Positions 58,900 through 64,000 of a stretch of DNA of 64,000 nucleotides are shown here, in pieces (positions within the stretch are counted from its first letter, which is position 1; every line of letters begins with the position of its first letter). The notes beneath the pieces are model-generated. The model did not search any database. It was given only the letters and a program-made list of their open reading frames with translations, and was not told the DNA's origin. This DNA is from Alphaproteobacteria bacterium. Its GTDB lineage: Bacteria; Pseudomonadota; Alphaproteobacteria; Bin95. The DNA is taken from positions 1 through 64,000 of the forward strand of contig OZ219785.1 of assembly GCA_964291285.2 (NCBI GenBank), in the 5' to 3' direction. The position numbers and the translations under genes are program-made.

Positions 58900-60081
58900 T
58901 CAGAAGCTCAGCGTGATGCCGGTCACGAACCCGGCGCCCTCGACATTGCTGCCGGCGGCATTGCTGCCGGTGCTGGGCGCAGGCTTGCCTCTTTGCGCCG
59001 ACGGCACGCCGAAATCGTACTTGCCGGGCATCGTGCCGCGGTCCTTCTCGGCCATGAACAGCGAGCTTCTCCAGGCAATGCCCGGCGCCAGCATGTAGCT
59101 CGCCGAAAACAGGCCGCCCGACTGCTCCGTGCCGTCGTCGGCCTCGGTCATCGTGCCGCTCAGGCTCACCGCCAGCGCGCCTTCCGAATACATCACCCCG
59201 GCGGCCACGACCTCGACATCGTCCGAGGAGTCCGTCTTCATGCCGTCGTCCGCCGTGGCATAGGCGACATCGAAGCTGAACGCCCCCATGCCCACCCGCA
59301 GGCCGGCATTCGAGAAGGTGTAGTCGTCGGCGTCCATCTGGCTCTTCTGGTAGTGGCCCGCAGAGAACGCCAGGTTCATGTTGCCGAAATCGCCCTTGTA
59401 GTTGCCGGCGACCGACCAGGCGTCCTCGTCATTGTTCTTCACATTGCCGCCACGGCCTTCCTGCCCGGTGTTCGGGATGTAGCTCACGGCCATCTGCGCG
59501 CCGTTCACCCGCGGCGTGAAGTAGCTCACCAGGTTCTTGTCGCCGAGGCCGTGGCCCGCGGTCCCCAGGCCGGAGGGCCCGCACTCGTTGATGCCGTTGA
59601 TCCATCTGCCCATGTCGCCGCAGAGCATGCCGAAACCGGCATCCCGCACGCCCATGTGGGTGAGAACCACCGCGCTGTCCTCGGCTCCCAGCGTGATCTG
59701 ACCGAACTCGCCGCCAACCGTCAGCTGCGACTCGTCGATCATCGAACCCGAACTGTTGCCCTCGAGCTCCACCTTCACCGAGAAGGTCATGCCGTTGTCG
59801 GCGTCCAGCTTGCCCTTGAAGAAGATCTCGCTGTCCGACTGCTGGGCAACGCCGCCCTCTTTCATCGCGTCCGCCTCGTCGTCCACATCGACCATCCCGA
59901 ACCACTGCTGCATGTAGCCGCCGACGCCCACGCTCAGCATGTCCGCCGCAGACGCGGGACCCGCCGCAAGCGCAAGACCCGAGGCCGCAAGAAGAACCTT
60001 GCCCGTGAAACCCCGCGCTCGGCATCCGCCATGCTGCCTGCCGTCCCCCGGCCATGCCGGGCCATGTCCTGCTGTCGTCAT
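58900..60081 (-). CDS. Gram-negative porin
   Basis: Signal peptide, DSEIFFKG..DNG, FGQITLG, SYFTPRVNG, C-terminal ITLSF; GAAGGAG RBS. Confidence 0.88.
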   Translation of the reverse strand: MTTAGHGPAWPGDGRQHGGCRARGFTGKVLLAASGLALAAGPASAADMLSVGVGGYMQQWFGMVDVDDEADAMKEGGVAQQSDSEIFFKGKLDADNGMTFSVKVELEGNSSGSMIDESQLTVGGEFGQITLGAEDSAVVLTHMGVRDAGFGMLCGDMGRWINGINECGPSGLGTAGHGLGDKNLVSYFTPRVNGAQMAVSYIPNTGQEGRGGNVKNNDEDAWSVAGNYKGDFGNMNLAFSAGHYQKSQMDADDYTFSNAGLRVGMGAFSFDVAYATADDGMKTDSSDDVEVVAAGVMYSEGALAVSLSGTMTEADDGTEQSGGLFSASYMLAPGIAWRSSLFMAEKDRGTMPGKYDFGVPSAQRGKPAPSTGSNAAGSNVEGAGFVTGITLSF

Positions 60082-60422
60082 CGTCTCGTCTCCTTCAGGT
60101 GAAAGCCCGTCCGCAGCGCCCGTCGACCGCCGCACGCCGGAGAAGGCGCACGACGGGGCGGCAGGTCACCGGGGACGGGAGGTGAAGCCGCGGCCCCGGA
60201 AAGGCCGCGGCAGAAAGCGTGCCGGGGAAGGCCGGGCCGCCCGCAAGGCGGTCATGCCGCAAGCGCGGCGGGCGCGCTCCCCGGCAACGTATCCATCTGC
60301 ACGCGCCCGGCGCTCCTCCGCAGAGGACGCACGGGCGGGAAAGACAACAATCAGGCGGGAGCCGCTCTCCCGATGGCGAACCGGCAGACCGGCGCCAGAA
60401 GACGGCATATGAAAGACATGAA

Positions 60423-60540
60423 GAGGCGCGAGGCGCGAGGCGCGAGGCGCGAGGCGCGAGGCGCGAGGCGCGAGGCGCGAGGCGCGAGGCGCGAGGCGCG
60501 AGGCGCGAGGCGCGAGGCGCGAGGCGCGAGGCGCGAGGCG
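60423..60540. repeat. Perfect heptamer tandem repeat (GAGGCGC) x16 plus GAGGCG
   Basis: 118 bp uninterrupted. Confidence 0.98.
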
Positions 60541-61494
60541 TATTCTACACCGTGTTCGAGCCGCTGAAGTCAAGTCCGGATACACCCGCCGCTGAGATGG
60601 CCCGGAACCTCTAACCCGGCCGCACGACACCGCACAACCTCCCGGACCAACCCGAACGCCGATTTTACCGACCTGTTGCATCCATGCCACAGTCAGCCGC
60701 CGACGGGCCCCCGCAAACCGGGCCCGCGGCGCCCATCGACGACCGGCAGGCGCGGCTTTCTCCACCGGCGTGCAATGGAACGCAATGGAGCGTCCGCTGC
60801 CGCGTCTTCCCCACTCCAGGCCCGCCGCCGCCAGCGGCGCATCGACAAATGCGCCGCCCTCCCCCGGGTCTCGTCCCCGCTCTCCCGGTTCGCCATCCGC
60901 CGCCGCTCGATCCGCGACAGGACCGCCGCCTCCCGCAGCACCCGGAGCAGAAGGTTCGTTGACGGACCCGCCGCCCCGGCGCCTCCACCGGGCCGGCGAG
61001 CCGGTGCGCGATGTAGCGGAAGACCATCATGCCGGACCGCCTGCGCGCTCGCCGATGCGCGCCCGTTTCCCGCCGGGCGCCATCACCGCGCGCTGCGCCG
61101 CCCGGCGGCCGGCTCATGACGACGCTCCCGCAACCGCCGCAGCCGTCACCATTCCGATTTCCATCGGCCAACATGCTTGCGTTTCTCCTGTATCAATTAT
61201 GGTATTCATCCTCTCAAGAGGTGATTCGGTGCATCACCGCTATGATCCTGACTGTCTTCGCATCAGGAGACTATCCATGCATGGAGCTATCCTCCATGCC
61301 CCCCTGAGCACAACGCATTGTCCTTGTTCACTTCCCCCAGTGCCATTATCGCCTTTACGGCTTCCCCGTAGGTCAATCCGGTTTCCTGCCATTGCCTCTT
61401 GTCATGCCCGGAAATATCCAGTATTCAGGCCCCCTCATGGGAGGAATGCGACCTTTCGTCAGATAGTGCCCTAACGTGAAAAATCTCATTTGAG

Positions 61495-62409
61495 ATTTAC
61501 ACGCTCGAGACCGTCGGACAGTCCGCAACCGCGACCGTCTGCGAACACGCCGCCCTCTACGGCGCCACCCCCGAGCGCGACGAACTCGACCCCCGCGAGG
61601 TCTGGGATGAGGACGATGCGCTGACCGCAATCGGCGAGGCCTTCCGCATCCTCGCCGAAGGCGCCTGCCCCGACGGCACCCAGCTCGCCGACGAACGCGA
61701 GAGCCTGCTGTGGGGCTTCGTCAACATGCTCCACGCCCAGAGCCGCCGCCTCGACCGCAGCGTCGACCGGCTCAGCCCGGACCTGCGCGACCTCCAGCGC
61801 GAGCAGGACGGCTCCGAGATCAAGTCCCGCGACCTGGAGCTCGTCACCGACCGCGCGCAGAACCTCGGAGACCGGCGCGACGCCTTCGAGAAGATGCGCA
61901 ACACCGCCGCGCACGCCTACCGCGAAGAGACCGGCGACATGTGGCGGCCCCGGCACGGCAGCCACGCCAGCCAAACCGGCACGCTCACCAGCGCCGCCAT
62001 CGACGCCCGCGACTTCGTCCGTGCCCGCAAGGACCGCGCGACCATGGCGCACCTGCCGCAGGGCACCCTCGTCGCCATCGCCGGCGGCAAGGACGTCGCC
62101 GCCCCGGCCGCGGTGATCGCCAGGCTCGACCAGGCCCGCGCCAAGTATGCCGACCTCGTGCTCGTGCATGGCGGCGGCCCCGGCGTCGAGAAGATCGCCG
62201 CAAGCTGGGCCGAGCGCAACGGCGTCCACCAGGTCGTCTGCAAGCCCGACTGGGACCGCCACGGTCGCGCCGCACCCTTCCGCCGCAACGACGAACTGCT
62301 CAACCTCCTGCCCAGGGGCGTCATCGCCTTCCCCGGCTCCGGCATCACCGAGAACCTCGTCGACAAGGCCCGCAGCCTCGGCATCCCGGTCATGCGCTGC
62401 CCCGCCTGA
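61495..62409 (+). CDS. DUF2493 / YspA-SLOG domain protein (plasmid/ICE type); no canonical start
   Basis: LLWGFVNM, WRPRHGS, TSAAIDARDF, LVHGG, AAPFRRND, FPGSGITENL; frame open back to a TGA at 61477. Confidence 0.75.
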   Translation: MYTLETVGQSATATVCEHAALYGATPERDELDPREVWDEDDALTAIGEAFRILAEGACPDGTQLADERESLLWGFVNMLHAQSRRLDRSVDRLSPDLRDLQREQDGSEIKSRDLELVTDRAQNLGDRRDAFEKMRNTAAHAYREETGDMWRPRHGSHASQTGTLTSAAIDARDFVRARKDRATMAHLPQGTLVAIAGGKDVAAPAAVIARLDQARAKYADLVLVHGGGPGVEKIAASWAERNGVHQVVCKPDWDRHGRAAPFRRNDELLNLLPRGVIAFPGSGITENLVDKARSLGIPVMRCPA

Positions 62410-63456
62410 CACGCAGCACCCACGGGCCGCGTCGTCTCCGCTCCGGCGGCGGCGCGGTCCGTTTCCGTATGCGCACACCCGTTGCGCTGCGCCGCCGACA
62501 CCTCGCGCGCGCTTCGCGCCGCGCTCATGCGGAGCCTGCCCCGGACGACGATCCGGGGCTGCCGCATCACGCGCCGCTGCACCATGCTTCGCATGGGTGC
62601 ATCGCGGGCTGCGCCGGGCCCGGCGCAGTGCCGCCGGCACTGCTGACCCGCCCACTGCCGGCGCTGCTGCCGGACCGGCACGACACCGTGCTTCGCACCG
62701 CTGCCCGCAGTCCTGCAGGCGCCGCCGTCGGCGCCTCCGATCGCAACGGCTATCGCAACCGTCACCGCACCCGCGCGGCTGACGCCGCGGTAACGGGTGC
62801 GCCATCACCGTCTGCGTCTGCGGTAATGTGTGAGCAGCACGCGATCACCCTGAACAGCCCCGCTTTCGTCCGGCACGCCTGTATCGCGGTAACATGTGCG
62901 CGGCGTCCTTCGGCTCCGCGGAACATGTGCGGCGGCGCCCGTGCCGCCGAGGTAACGCCGCCGGCTCCGGTGCGCCATGTGTGAAGACTGCCCTCCGCCG
63001 TTTGCACGCCGCGCCGCGTTCTGTTACCTCTGCCACCGAACGACAACGCGGAACGCGCTCGAAGATCGCGGACCGGTCGTCTCGCTCAATCGCCGCGACG
63101 GCTCCCGTCCCTTGTGACGCCGGCGTTTCAGGCGATGGTGGTGTGCAGGGCAACCTCGCCCGATCTCGACTCCGTTCGGAGTTTTACCGTCACACCCCAC
63201 GCATCGATGATGCAAAGTGTCCAGGGAGCCCTCAGAGCTGCCCTTTCGGGGGCTCTGGGGGTCACCAGGGGTCTCGGAGTTGTTGGAGCAAGCGCCATGC
63301 GCTCGCCATGCGCGGATCGTCATCGCCCAGACCTCTGGAGGCCCCGCCTGTCCCCGGCGCCATGCGCGCGCCATGCGCGCCCTGTGGCAGCGCCATGCGC
63401 CGAAATTGGCCAAGCGATGCAAGCGGCTCGCCCTTTTGCATGCGCCGTGATGACCT

Positions 63457-63770
63457 TCAGCGACCAGCGTCTACCTCGATCTGCTCTTTCAGATCGGCAC
63501 GTACAGGCGAGGTGCTGACAGTGATCTGCTCGAACCAAAGGACTGCCGCCCCTCCTTCCTTGAGCGTGATCTCGTCCACGCTGCGGCTGTGGCGGATACC
63601 GTTCCGGAGGTCCGCGAGTTGTCCGAAGCGCCTTCCGAGAGTCCCTTTGTTGGCGAGGCGCCCCTCGAAACGCTGCCGGAGCCCCCGCAGTTGAGGCGTC
63701 AAGTCCGGCCGTTTCTTCATCAGAAGATCTTCCATCGCGTCCTGGAGCGTGCGTTGCCGCTCCACGAAAG
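63457..63770 (-). pseudogene. C-terminal remnant of a DUF262/GmrSD-like protein
   Basis: ERQRTLQDAMEDLL...QLADLRNGIRHSRSVDEITLKEG.AAVLWFEQI, recalled as a C-terminal pattern of such proteins; upstream sequence does not fit. Confidence 0.5.
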
Positions 63771-64000
63771 TCCCGTGCCCCCCTTTTCCGCTTCCGGCCC
63801 GGCGCAGAGGAAATTCGCAAGCGAGCATTTGGAGCGGCGCGCGCCCTCGTGAAAGCCGGCCACGGTGAAGGCGACATTGAGCTATCTCGACATCGCCATC
63901 CTGTCTACGTTCGGCGATCTGCAAGTCGGCTCGGTCCTGCACCTGCGCGAACGTGAGAAACAAGTCTGCGTTGCGGCAGTGCGGCTGCTCCTGCAGACGG

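Larger units (their letters stand above)
52135..64000. mobile_element. Integrative island; right end not in window
   Basis: Begins where the ABC gene is cut; three integrases, surface-protein cargo, plasmid-type DUF2493 gene, restriction remnant. Confidence 0.6.

Noticed and set aside
60166-60765. ORFs with ASRLAPR / REARGAR repeats
   Set aside because: These are translations of the heptamer tract, with no independent coding evidence.

Overview
High-GC alphaproteobacterial chromosomal window. The permuted two-piece tmRNA, alpha-type SspB and EipB support that taxonomy, and an srp-type LCCCW proteusin precursor suggests a marine-sponge symbiont (inference). Positions 1-39.8 kb are mostly core and catabolic genes: LLM oxidoreductase, gdhB, Tro-type Mn/Zn ABC system, class II DAHP synthase-pncB-nadE, fumA, sspB-ssrA and eipB. 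These are interrupted by an intact IS1634, an IS1595 splitting a Tat-exported cyclase gene, several gene remnants, and two inverted copies of an unannotated promoter + GC-rich motif + phased CATGAC element, one carrying a small-terminase-like ORF. Positions 40.0-52.1 kb are a proteusin/TOMM RiPP cluster. It encodes an MMPL exporter, an NHLP precursor with core LCCCW, an unknown protein, a fused YcaO, an AlkB::GlnE-like fusion, an NHLP-leader::class II terpene cyclase-like fusion and a 5'-truncated NHLM ABC transporter. It is the best candidate for an undescribed peptide-terpene hybrid pathway. From about 52.14 kb an island carries three tandem tyrosine recombinases, a porin / surface lipoprotein / Slam (type XI secretion) unit preceded by a (GAGGCGC)~17 tract, a DUF2493 gene and a GmrSD-like remnant. 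All family calls come from motif recognition by eye; no database searches were run.
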